From the NCBI GenBank assembly GCA_002633005.1, contig NMRA01000005.1:637699-701698 (forward strand): 64,000 bases of DNA, read 5' to 3'. A program made the position numbers and the translations under genes. This stretch comes from Phoronis australis. Lineage: Eukaryota; Animalia; Phoronida. Positions 1 to 11,134 of the stretch are shown here, in pieces (position 1 is the stretch's first letter; the number at the start of each line of letters is the position of its first letter). Below the pieces are notes generated by a model. The model did no database searches and was not told the DNA's origin. It saw only the letters and a program-made list of their open reading frames with translations.

Positions 1-439
1 TTGAAATTATAGACACATGGTGAACAGAGACACCTGGTGGCTGCCAAAAGTATTGCTCACAGGCTACTTTAGTTTTTGACAATATTGGACAAGACAACTA
101 GTTCTTGTCTGTCAATCATCTAAGTTCTTAACAGGTCCTCCTGGAGGCAATTTGTTTGCAAGTGTTCGATTTTATATTTTAACCTATTAAAAATGATTAA
201 AAAATTATGGGTCATGGGTTGGAGAAATAAATGAAAAATATGGGCGGTGGGTACGAAATAAAAGTGCCTTCCCCCCCCTCCCATACAGATTTTGCTGGAA
301 CAGCCCTTATGTTTTATTGTGTGTTTGGAGGGAAAGTGTACACTGAAGACTGATGCACATGGTTGTTCCTTCAGTTAGATGCAAAAGCTTAATTTTGAAG
401 TTGCACCACATCGTGTAATATTTATTTGGTTGTCCATAG

Positions 440-1910
440 TGTTCCGTCCTGTGTTGTGGTCAGTGTGGTCAAGAGGTGACCAGTAAACATGACGTGTTCA
501 CGATGGCCTTGAGTGGCCCCATGGCTGCCTACGTCAACCCAGGAGGTCACGTACACGAGACACTGACTGTGTATAAGGCGCAAGGAATGTCACTGATTGG
601 TCGGCCATCTGCAGAGCACAGCTGGTTTCCTGGGTAAGGGATATTTCAATTTGTATGTTCCCATATACTTGTTATGACATGGCTGCTGTATGAATTTGTC
701 TAGTCCTTCATACTGTTCAAGCCTTCAGACTATTTCATTGAGGATAATTATATAAATCACTCATGGACATCTGCCTCTATTTAGACTGCCTCTATTCAGA
801 ATTAATGCTGACTTGCAATGCAAAAGGCTCTCAATGGGCTATTTGGAGGGAGCCCCATAAGCTAACAATAAGCCAACTTTAGCTGCTAACACTGAACAGT
901 GGTGTTGGACATTTACAAATCACAGTGCAACCCATGAAGTGGTCTACCAGATATTTCTGAATCCATGGTGAAAAATCTGGATCTTATGTGTCTTATACTT
1001 TGAATTTTTGAAAACCTAAATTAAACGTGATTATACATTCTTAAACTTTTTTGCATTGAACCTTATTTTCAAATTTTATTTTATACCCATCGAGCAGTGG
1101 AAATTTTAGCCATGAAAGACTTCTTTTTACTGCAAAATCCCAAGTTTTTCTTTTCGACAACTGATACCTCTGCTATCAGAAGGTAAATAATTCAAGTATA
1201 GACAACCTTCCCTCTGCCATGAACCATAAAATAAGAGTGTGCTCTTTGTGTGTCTTTTCCCACATGATGAATAAAAACTGCCAAAAAGCAGTGAAAAACA
1301 AAAATCTTGGGATTATGTCCCATGAAGATTTGCCATGCAGTTGAAATCACTTGACATTGTCCCAAGGACTTGCACATATAAATTAGCTGTAGTATCAAAT
1401 AAAAAATCTGTGAATCAAAATTGTTCAAGGCAAAAAATGGATAAGAGGAAATTTTTTATTCCCATTCATCTCACTAATTCTATTCAGTAGGATCAGTGAT
1501 TTGCCAATCATGTCCGCAGCAGAGTTTGTTTCAATCACTACATCGTTTACAAAATCCCTTAAAGGAGGATAAAAAACAAATGTCCAGACAAATGTGTGTA
1601 GCAGAGTAAGCTGCAATCCTTTGTCCTTGACCTTGGCATTTGGTACAAGTTACTGTCCACAGATGGCAACCAGAGTCGCAACTGCTTCCACTTGTCTGGT
1701 CATCTCACTTTCCTGGTGTATACAAATGTGTTTTCCAGCTATTCCTGGACCATAGCCAACTGTAGACACTGTGGTTCACACAAAGGCTGGAGGTTTACAG
1801 CCAACCAGAAGGATCTTAAGCCATCCAGCTTCTGGGGCCTGACTAGGTCAGGACTGCAACCAGGATATGAGCAGAGTGATGGAGAACAGCAGTGGGAACC
1901 ATCCTTATGA
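440..1910 (+). CDS. CRBN: Cereblon, last two coding exons (440-633, 1739-1910); CULT/thalidomide-binding domain. The gene starts upstream of the window.
   Basis: Spliced translation CSVLCCGQC...[19 protein letters not shown]...AEHSWFPG|[19 protein letters not shown]...FWGLTRS matches the cereblon C-terminus (two CxxC Zn knuckles, tri-Trp pocket). AG at 438-439, GT at 634-635, AG at 1737-1738, phase 2 preserved, TGA ends 1910. Confidence 0.96.
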
Positions 1911-3045
1911 TATCCATTGTAAGGGAACCTAACTATTGTATTACAAGCAGGAGTCAGTATTGCTTATGAACAATTACTGTATTCTGAGGGGGGAGTAATC
2001 TCCCCTACAGTGTCAGAGCCCAACATGACAGTTGACAGGGGACTTAATTATTGATGGTAACAGCCACAGGACGACAGGTTGTCTTACAGTTGTTGAATCT
2101 TAAGTAAGAGTTGTTTTTACCGTTTTTGACTTGTTTTGAATTGTTTGGAATTCAAAGAATCAACTTTGATAAAGTAAGTACTCTTGTGATGACAGCTTAT
2201 TCATTAAGAAGAGTGCAACTTCACTTATATTTTCCACAATTTGACAACATTAGAGACTCGTTTTACTGCACCTAATACCTTTATCAATAGATTAGTGCAA
2301 GAGCCGCTGCACCCTTAAGAAGTCTGTTTATCAGGAGCACTGATCTAATATGCTTTTGTTTAAAGCAGGTCAGGTACCACATTAGCAGTGACTTGAGGAC
2401 AGCAAAACCTTGACTATGGTGATTTTTCTACTGGTTTCTGTATGGTTAAGTTTGCTCAAGACCAGGTTCTACAAATTCGCTTGTTTTCACAGCATGTCTG
2501 TATGCCCCAGGCATTGTCTCAAGGAATAACGAATGACTCCTTTATAAAAGGACGGCTAAGACAGCTTTCTAGCTGTTAGAGGAGTAGTTTATCAGTTCAG
2601 CTTAGACCAAGTTGCCAGAAATTTCCGCAAATAGACCCACTAAAAAGTAAACCTACGGGTGATTTTTGGAAAGTTTTCCAAAAGCAACTAGCCCATGGGC
2701 GTATTTTGGGTAGGCCTAATTGGGTGCATGTTTTGAAAATTTGACGAATTGTTCTGTGGGCCTTGTGTGAATGGCAGTTGAGCACACTGTGTTTGCTTGA
2801 ATGCCAAATACGTATGGAAGAAAAAAAGTTATTAGCGAGATACAGTACATTAAAAAGTAATTGTTGCCTGTTTAAAAATTTCACAAATAATGTTTGCTTA
2901 ACAAAACTGCATCACAAAATGTTAAACACAGTTTCGGAAAAATAAAATACGCCCCACCTTCTCTTTTCGAAAATAAACCGAGGCGTATATTCGATTTTAT
3001 TTGGCGTTTTTGAAAGGTCGTTTTCCACATGACAGCGTTTACCGG

Positions 3046-3560
3046 TTCAGTGACTTTACCAGACTTGGGGGGGTTCTGAGCATGAGATAACATAGCTTCT
3101 TTGTTAGCTGCCAAGCACACTCTCTTGTCTGTTATGACAACAAGCAGTCCAATTATCTACCAGGCTTATTACAGACCATGTGTGAACACAGTCAAACTCA
3201 GAGGGAATTAGTGTATTTGGAAATAATAGATTGTGGTAACTTCGGTTGCAGTTGGGCGATTTTGGCCATTCAAAAACTAAATAATTATGATCACCATTTG
3301 ACGAAGATTTCAGAAGTGTGTTATAACTTAACTTGTATTTTCAACAGCACAGCCCAGTCAGGGTAGATACAATCTTATTGGAGATTAGAGCAATTGTGGA
3401 ACAAAAGAGAATTGGCCCTCCATCCATAAATGCCAGAGATAATGGAGTTAATCAGTCGTGTAAGATATTGCTTACAGGGGTGTTCTTCCCAGCTTATTGT
3501 TGGGCTATAGAATCGACCAATTTGGGAGCAACGGGAAAACGCTGTAATGAAATATCAGTC
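3046..3560 (+). repeat. Interspersed repeat, copy 1 (about 500 bp, similar to 8316-8850)
   Basis: Shared blocks with the second copy, e.g. tatctaccaggcttattacagacc, aacttcggttg, attcaaaaactaaa, caacgggaaaacgc. Boundaries approximate. Confidence 0.7.
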
Positions 3561-5891
3561 TATGGGCCTATATTCGGAAAATCCCGGAACAAATTGTGTT
3601 AGAGCTAAGGAAAAAGCTCTTCTGACTGATATAGACTATAGGAAAGATGGCCATTTGTTTGATATAGCATAGCTGTGTCTTAGGGTGAGATTTATGTTTC
3701 TCATAATGGCCAGGTGTCTGTATTATCTTTGTGTACAGTACATGCTTTTTGTCTGTGGTTTTCTCTGGTCTGTGATGAATAAATTGATTTTTTAACTACA
3801 CGCAGGAAGTTTTAGGTACCCTGATTTGTCAAGCTTTGTCTTTTGTGAACAGTCGTGACAACTTTGTCTGATTGTCAGTGGAGCACTTGACTCCCCCAAT
3901 TGTTTGTTGACGTCAACGTCTGGGGCGCTGTTCACACTCTGCCGTTGAGACGGCGGTTCCATAATCCGCCGGCATAAACGGTGTCCCAATATTGGCAGCA
4001 ACAAAACTATTGTGGATGATATATTTAGTTTTAGATCGGCAGTGACGCTGCGTTAAGCGGGAAAATCTCGAATTAGGCCGCGGAGACGAGACTGTGCCGT
4101 GTTACCAACCCTCTCCACGTAGCGGCCATGATGTCAATTGACACGTCATTCAAAGATGACTCGTTTCACTGCAATCGATCGTTGCCAAATCCGTGCACAT
4201 ACCGTGGAGGCCCTTGTCGCACATTCGCGCGACACATACGGCGGTTCGTGGCACCGTGACAATTCGCCTCTACACACACCGAAGAACTTGCTTGCCCTAG
4301 ATATCCAATGCCCAATGAACCGAGAGAACCACCGGAAACCGCTAAAAATTAAACATGTTCAACTTAACGGCAGTCTTGGCAGTTGGAAACGGACTGTGCA
4401 CAGTCACTTTCACCGATGAGAAAAACGATCCCACCAGAACCAGCAGACTATAGAGCTATCGCTGCATGGCGAACCAAAAACGTGAAAAATGNNNNCCCCC
4501 CCCCCCCACAGAACGTTTTCAGTTCGGTTTCAACAAAAAACAATAGGGCTTCGATCTATTCAGGGTATACGTGTCTTTTTGCAAATTCTACCCTGATCAG
4601 ATAAAAAGTGCTACTTGTAGATCTAAAGAAATATGCAACCAAAAGCACCCTGACTACAAATATGGGGCTATAGAACTCACTTATTTCAGTGATGCGCCGC
4701 CCGTTGTGCCGGTGCCTGCCTGCCTCAAACTAAATTTGAACTGGAGATTTCTCTCTATGGTCTTACATATAATGTCAACTTTAGTACACCGGCAAACGTA
4801 CCAATTGCACCACTTCCCGGCGAGTTCGCAATGGTTATGATAGAATCATACGCACGAACATCGCATCTTATACGCACTAACCACTTGGCAAACCACTGAG
4901 GCCAGCGCGAGCAAAACCAGTGTGTCACTCTAAACATTCGGTCATAAAAAAGAATGGTGCAACCTTTGCAAGTGTGGTACACACGCATGTAACGCTTGAC
5001 AAAACCTGAGAATGAGTGGCGCTGATGCTTGGGTCCGAGGCTAAAAAATTGAGGAGCGTTCCCATACTACGTCATCTAAAATTTGTCACTTTTTACCCTC
5101 CTCCGGGTCGGTGCCCCTCTGTCATTACCCATCATCATGAATGATGTAACCTCCGCCGACGGCAGTCTACGTCATTGCAGCCAACGCTCCCTCCCTTAAT
5201 CGGAAGTCGTCGTTGGAGATCCCCCCTCCAGCCCTCTTATGGTGCGCCGCCCATGCAACAAGAGCAATCACGAAAAGTTCCGCGGTCATCGACTTATCGT
5301 ATTTTGGGGTTCAGTTGTGTCACAGCTCGATGGACTACATAGGCGGATTTAGGGGGGGCCAGGCCGCCCCCCCTTGGCTGCCGCAAAAAAATAAAACGGC
5401 AAGAGCGTAGGGAAATGTTAAGTTTATTAATTAACCCCTGTAATTAAAATTATACGGATGAAACAAGATTTAAATGTGTGCAGTTTTAGTGTTTTTTGGG
5501 GGGCTCAGATCTATTTTCAAGTGTCATATTCGGAACACGGCGCATTCGTAACGGAACTATGGCTAATAAGCTCTCCCGCGATATCCCAGGCCACCGGCAA
5601 AAGCGCTGCGCACTACGACTCCGTTTCCGTCGTCTGCTCCACTGTGCAATGAAGAAAATTTACTTCATTTTTTAAAGAAAATGGAACCAGAGTGACGATG
5701 AAAAAACAGAAATTGCTGGTAAGATGTGAATTTTAATCGAAGCCTTGGTGAATCTCTCAGAACCTCATAATTCTCTATTTGTCAAACCTTAACTTAAAAC
5801 GATTTCCAAAGCAATCCCCATTGCCAACACGAAAAACGGATTTGGCCTTTTGGGCATTTGAAGACTATTTTAAATACAACAAATTTGTTAA

Positions 5892-6849
5892 AGTGTACAC
5901 AACATGACTCTAGTACCTCAAAATAAATTTTATTATTATATCTTACTTGATTTCAGTGCCTTTAGTGCACAGCTCATAAAGAAACACGCAAAAATTGAAA
6001 AAAATAATAATTATGTACAACGTCATGGGTTGAACCCAGGTCGTTCGCCATACCGTTCGGATCAGAGACAAAGTGTATAGAGTGAAGAGAATGCAAAGTA
6101 CATTTAGCGTCGAGAAGGTTCGTAGAGGGATCAAAAGATGTGTTTCCGGAGGCTGCAGCAACAGCAGCCAGGCGGAAAACGTCTCGGTGTTCCGAAGGAC
6201 ACCAAAGTTGCGCAGAAGTGGCATGACTTCGTGCGCCGAACGAGAGTGTGGGACGTCATCGTGGACCAAGCGATTCGGTCCGGGGCCACTCTGTGTTCTG
6301 CCCACTTCGAGGACTCGTGTTTCGACTCCAGTCACAGGAGACGATGAAGGCCTGGTTCAATAAAGGACAATATTTATCATTCAGAAACATCAGCTCTTAA
6401 TTCAGGATCGTCTGTTGGATGACTGGGTTGACTCGCCGAGCCCGAGGCCGCTTCTCTCGCGGGAGGATCCAGTTCATAAGGCTCAAAGTAGAAAAGTACG
6501 CAGCCGGAAGCACATTAAACTTGTTCTCGCTTTCGTGCAACCCCATTTCCTCATCCAGGCCACCATTCTCATACGTTTCTTCATAGTATTCGTTCAATTC
6601 TTGCTCATAATCGTCGTCACTTTCAAATTCCCTGGTCTCCGCCATTGTTCAATGCTAGTCACTGATCTCTTGTGTTCAACCCATGACGTCACATGGCGGG
6701 AAATGTGAAAATTGGCAAAATTGAAAGAAAAATCAAAATTTTGAGCTAATTACACAAAATAAACATGGGTTTAGCTAAATTTTACGTCATACATTTAGTC
6801 TGTGGCCACCGGTAATTCAAAATGTGCAAAAATCCATGGTGTGTACTGT
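5892..6849. mobile_element. Kolobok-like DNA transposon, internally deleted relic
   Basis: TTAA at 5888-5891 and 6850-6853. Imperfect 15-bp TIRs: AGTGTACACAACATG versus right end reverse-complemented ACAGTACACACCATG (12/15 identical). Contains convergent THAP and acidic ORF remnants. Confidence 0.72.
6130..6347 (+). pseudogene. Frameshifted THAP zinc-finger domain (transposase N-terminus remnant)
   Basis: One frame gives KRCVSGGCSNS and the next frame continues PKDTKVAQKWHDFVRRTR...LCSAHFEDSCF: the C2CH THAP signature split by a frameshift. Confidence 0.8.
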
Positions 6850-6971
6850 TTAAGAACCGATTGCACCAAATATAAAACGTGTAATAAGCATTGCGAAAAG
6901 AAGTAGGTTTCGCGCGCAAACGCTGTGGACCATAAACAAGTAGGTCTCTTAGCACAAGATTAGTAGTTAAA

Positions 6972-7050
6972 TCGTGGTGGTTTAGTGGTAAAGCGGCGTG
7001 CGCTCTATCCGCCAGGTCGTGAGTTCGAGTCTGTGGTACGCGCGGTTTTT
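6972..7050 (+). other. tRNA-derived (Pol III A/B-box-like) segment embedded in the DNA element; not a functional tRNA
   Basis: gtggtttagtggtaaag (A-box-like) and gagttcgagtc (B-box-like). A related copy lies on the minus strand at about 63465-63532. Confidence 0.55.
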
Positions 7051-7515
7051 CCTGTTTGACACGTCTCTTCTATATTTTTTGCCTTTTTTCTTGGATAATA
7101 CTTCAGGAATCTAGGAAAATGCTTGATTTTTAGAGGAAAAAAACAGAAACATTTCCTGGGCGGAAGGGGGGCAACCCCCCTCCCGACCTCCCCCCCATTC
7201 GGTGCTATACGCATCTACAATCGTGGTTTGCGCAAATGGCTTACAGCTGGACAAAATGTTGCCCCCCCTTGTGATATCCTAGAACCGCCACTGGACTAAC
7301 TGAAACAAGGCCTTATGTGGTCCGAGGCTGTCTGAGAATATGTTCAGTATTGCCTTAGCATCATTTCAGTAGGTTTAGTCATTTACTACTCAACTTTCAC
7401 TTGTTATTTCCTGCCACTTTATAGAGAAGTCGATAAGTAACACTTCCTATTCTAAGAACTCCCTTATTTGAATGTGCATCTTAATTGATTAGTTCGTAAT
7501 TCTTGTATCCCTAGT

Positions 7516-7667
7516 CAGTGGCGGATTTAGAAGCCGGGGGCCATGGCCCCCCTAAAATTCTCCTGTCCATTTGGCAGTTCGGAGTGCGAACGTCTGACGA
7601 GTAAAATCCTGGCTAATAGACATACTCTGACCTCCCCCCACAACTCAAAATCTTGGATCCGCCCCTG
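7516..7667. mobile_element. MITE family A (about 155 bp; CAGTGGCGGATTTAG / CAGGGGCGGATCC termini)
   Basis: Terminal inverted repeats with perfect 5-bp TSD ctagt. Confidence 0.88.
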
Positions 7668-8149
7668 CTAGTCTCTCTACTATATATTGTGTCTCATTCA
7701 CTATTTGTCAGTCCACACACCACAGTGTATAGTGTGTGCGTTCTGTTTTACGATCTGCAGTTTATTACAATAGAACTATAAGCCTAGTTAGACTCAACCT
7801 CATTGTTTAATTCAATCTCACGGTTCCACATAACTAACCACCTCCACTAACCTCAGTAGTTGAACCCCATTATTTTTACTAGTCGCGCGCCCACGGTCTT
7901 ACGTCGGACACCTCCAAGCAACTCCACTTAGCGGCCCTAATTCTGTTTTTGAAAACTGTTCGTGGTGCTTCCCTTTCTCGTAAATTGTTTCTTTGGCGAT
8001 GTTTTTGAACGGACTCACAAAATGACGATTTTCACAAGCACGGCATGATGAAAAGAATACTACGGTGACACCTCAACTGGTCGAGAAGCGCAACTCGATC
8101 GGTTTGCGCACCACACATTTCAGTTTTTGCCGGTTCGAGATGGCTTCTC

Positions 8150-8291
8150 CAGGGGCGGATCCAGGATTTTTATTTAGGGTGGCCAGGGCAGAGAATTAGC
8201 CAGGATTTTGCCCGTCAGACGGCGCACCCCCGAACTACCAAAGGGGAATCTGAGAGAGTTTTAGGGAGGGGGCATGGCCCCCTGGCCCCCT
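8150..8291. mobile_element. MITE family A, truncated at one end
   Basis: Starts caggggcggatccaggatttt and has the shared core attagccaggattttgcccgtcagac; lacks the aatccgccactg end. Confidence 0.75.
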
Positions 8292-8315
8292 GACTGATCA
8301 CGGCGTCCTCCCGTT

Positions 8316-8850
8316 CAGTGGTGTTACCAGACATAGAGTGTTGTGAGCGTGTGATAACATCTAGATCCTTTGTTTAACTGCCAAGCACAGTCTTATGTCA
8401 GGTATGACAACAGGCACGCCACGTATCTACCAGGCTTATTACAGACCTCGTGTGAACAAAATCAAACCCAGAGCGAATTGGTACGTTGGGAAAGAATAGA
8501 TAGTCATAACTTCGGTTGTAGTTGGACGATTTTAGCGATTCAAAAACTAAACATGGTCAGCATTTGACGAGAAATTCAGAAATGTTATTGGTTTATGTTC
8601 AAATATGTTACAACTTAGGCGAGACTAGCCTTCGATCTTATCGCAGATTAGAGCAATTATCGAACACTGAGGGAGCTGCATAAGCGCCCCCCCCCCCCCA
8701 CTTTTTTTCAGTGCTGCGCCGCTGGCCCTCCAATGCCAGAATGGACTTAAACAGTCGTGTAAGGTATTGGCTACAGAGGTCATCTTCGCAACCTGTTGGG
8801 CTGTGGAATCGAACAAGTTGGGATCAACGGGAAAACGCCGTAATGGAGTA
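8316..8850 (+). repeat. Interspersed repeat, copy 2 (similar to 3046-3560)
   Basis: Direct sequence similarity to the first copy over about 500 bp. Confidence 0.7.
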
Positions 8851-9074
8851 AAGATCCATACGTTGTTCGCCTGAGCTGCTGATGTAGATAGAGAGACCAT
8901 CATAAAAACGTTGGGGGCCACAATAGTATTTTTAAATTTTCGTTTTGAAAGTTTGTAAATAGCACGTCTGAATAGTTCCTGAAAGGCACACGTTTTGAAT
9001 TTTGAAAAGTTGGACAAATGAGAAATATGTGACATGAAGACCTAAAACGTTCGATTTATTTGTTGCAATAATCA

Positions 9075-10700
9075 TTTTTTTTTGTTTTTTTTAACATTTG
9101 TTTCAATAATAATAATAATAACACAGTACAAAGACAGAAAACTCCAATGACACACCATACCCACACGCACGCACACACATATTTCACAGAGAACTCGATT
9201 TCACAAACCAAAAACACCAAATGTACTTTTCTCATCTGTAGTTTCTTTCTAAAGAGGAAAAAACATCTTTGGAGAAATATGTCTCCAAATCCATTTTTAC
9301 AATAATTATATTTTTCGAACGTGAAATAAATTCTTCAGTTTTTGAAAAGTGTTATAGATGGAAGCTCTACGTTCAGCTTTGTAAAGTATATTATGTGCTT
9401 TTTGGCCAAAAGAATGACAAGATTCAACAATTCATTCGCTTTTCCAATTTTACCAAATATAACAATCTGAAAATCTATAGATATATCGACATTTTTGCGT
9501 GAATATAATATTCAGCTATTCTTTTCCAAAAAGGCTTAACAAAAGTGCAACCCCAATATAAATGTTCTAAACTTTCAGGTTCATTCCTACAAAAGGTACA
9601 TCGGCCAGTTGGAGAAATGCCAATTCGCATCAAAAAGTTGTTTGTTGCTAAACTCTATGAACAATTCTCATTTAACCATCTGAGTCTAACATTTGTAGTA
9701 CAAAAACAGAATTTTTAAAACATAACTTCCATTCGGTCGTTGATCTTGCAAAACCAAAAGTATTTTTCCATTTTTCTAATCGAAACTAAGTTGTCAGAAA
9801 AATATTATATATATCACGAGTACCTTTCGAATTTTTCGCTAAAATTTGCCAGAGTTGTGCGATAACTGGTTGAGACACTTTTTCACTCTAGTTGAAAACT
9901 ATATACTTTTGAAAGTTCATTCAAGCAATTTTTAGTCCGCAATAAGGTGTAAAAAAGGTTTAAAATCAAATTTGTCTGCAAAACTGTTGTATGACAAGAA
10001 ATTTCCGTTTTTGTCAAATAAATTACCTGAGAATCTCACACCCTTTTTACTCCAAGTTGGATAAAGTATTTGGTTTTCCTCCAATCTGAACCTTTGTGTT
10101 ATGCCATAAAGGAAGGGACAGTATGATATCCGCTTCTTTGACCTCATTTAATATCCGATCAAACTCAAATGTTGAAACAGGCACATCCTTCCAAATAGGA
10201 TTCGCCGTGGACTGGGCTACCATTTTAAAAAATAGTTTCCTCCCGGCATTGAACATTTTTTCAACTGATGTCAAATTGACTTGAATTCCGCAAAATATCT
10301 ATCCAATTATTTTGTCCATTCAATCTTTTTAACCATGTTACTTTAGAGCGTTGATAAAGGAAACTAAATGAACCGTTGAGACCACAACTTTTATAATTCT
10401 GAACCATTGTCTTACGAGAAATTTTATCTTTCTTGTTACTCCAAATAAACTGAAAAAACATTTTCTCCAGTCAGTTGTTTGATAACGCCCCTTTGGTTAT
10501 TTCACCAAACCAAATTTTCCCAGAACACCGAGGTATCTTCTGGACCAAGAGAGTAAGATATTCTGAATATCAATAAGTTTTGCATTACATGTAAAGTTCA
10601 AACCAATCATGTCGTCTAGATTTAAACTAAATGTAATCCCCACAGTTGAAAATTCTGACCATTTTAAACTTTTTGCCTAATGACGTAACTAGGTATTTTC
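9075..10700 (-). mobile_element. Degenerate 5'-truncated L1/Tx1-like non-LTR retrotransposon (ORF2 3' part)
   Basis: Minus-strand fragments FFQFIWSNKKDKISRKTM, KVTWLKRL, PLWHN, and C-terminal zinc knuckle CTFCRNEPESLEHLYWGCTFVKPFW (about 9526-9600). The poly(A)-like tail appears as a T-run at 9076-9092. Multiple frameshifts. Confidence 0.85.
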
Positions 10701-11134
10701 CCTGGTTACAATCCATACACATTCGTTTTTTTTAATTGTTTCTCTGCTGGGTGTGCAACACGATTGGGCCACTTAACAAACCACCAAGCAGCACTTTGAT
10801 TTTGAGGTAAGCCAAGTGTCATCGTTCACGACCGTCACGGTTTTGCCGGCACAGGTGGCTCCACACTAGTCACCGAGCCCTCGACCGGGCGTGTGTTCAG
10901 TAGACGCTAGGACCTACGCTAGGACCTACTTAAAACCTAGTCAAAGTCACGTGTTATTTAAAATACACGGCAATTTCTCACGTAATTTCGCGAAGTCTTG
11001 CTTTTTAGCGAAGTCCTAGACGGTTACTGATATGAGGCTCAGGCTGGTATCTAAGTGATCAAGTGCAGCTGGCCTATAGGCGACATCTATTGATCGTCTG
11101 CCAAGTCCTTTGAACACGTGACCCGAAACTCAAG

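Larger units (their letters stand above)
5338..7293. mobile_element. Non-autonomous DNA transposon with a 5-bp TSD (hAT5-like), carrying a nested Kolobok-like insertion
   Basis: Termini CATAGGCGGATTTAG...CTAGAACCGCCACTG, flanked by gacta (5333-5337 and 7294-7298). The right arm is homologous to 63240-63535 in reverse orientation. Confidence 0.75.

Noticed and set aside
6130-6347. Domesticated host THAP gene
   Set aside because: It is frameshifted, truncated and enclosed by TIRs and TTAA duplications, so it is a transposon remnant.
6972-7050. Functional tRNA gene
   Set aside because: I cannot fold a convincing cloverleaf or acceptor stem, and it sits inside a repeated transposon arm with a diverged second copy.
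8625-9035. 136-aa minus-strand ORF
   Set aside because: It overlaps an interspersed repeat whose other copy (3046-3560) does not preserve the frame, and it has no recognisable domain.
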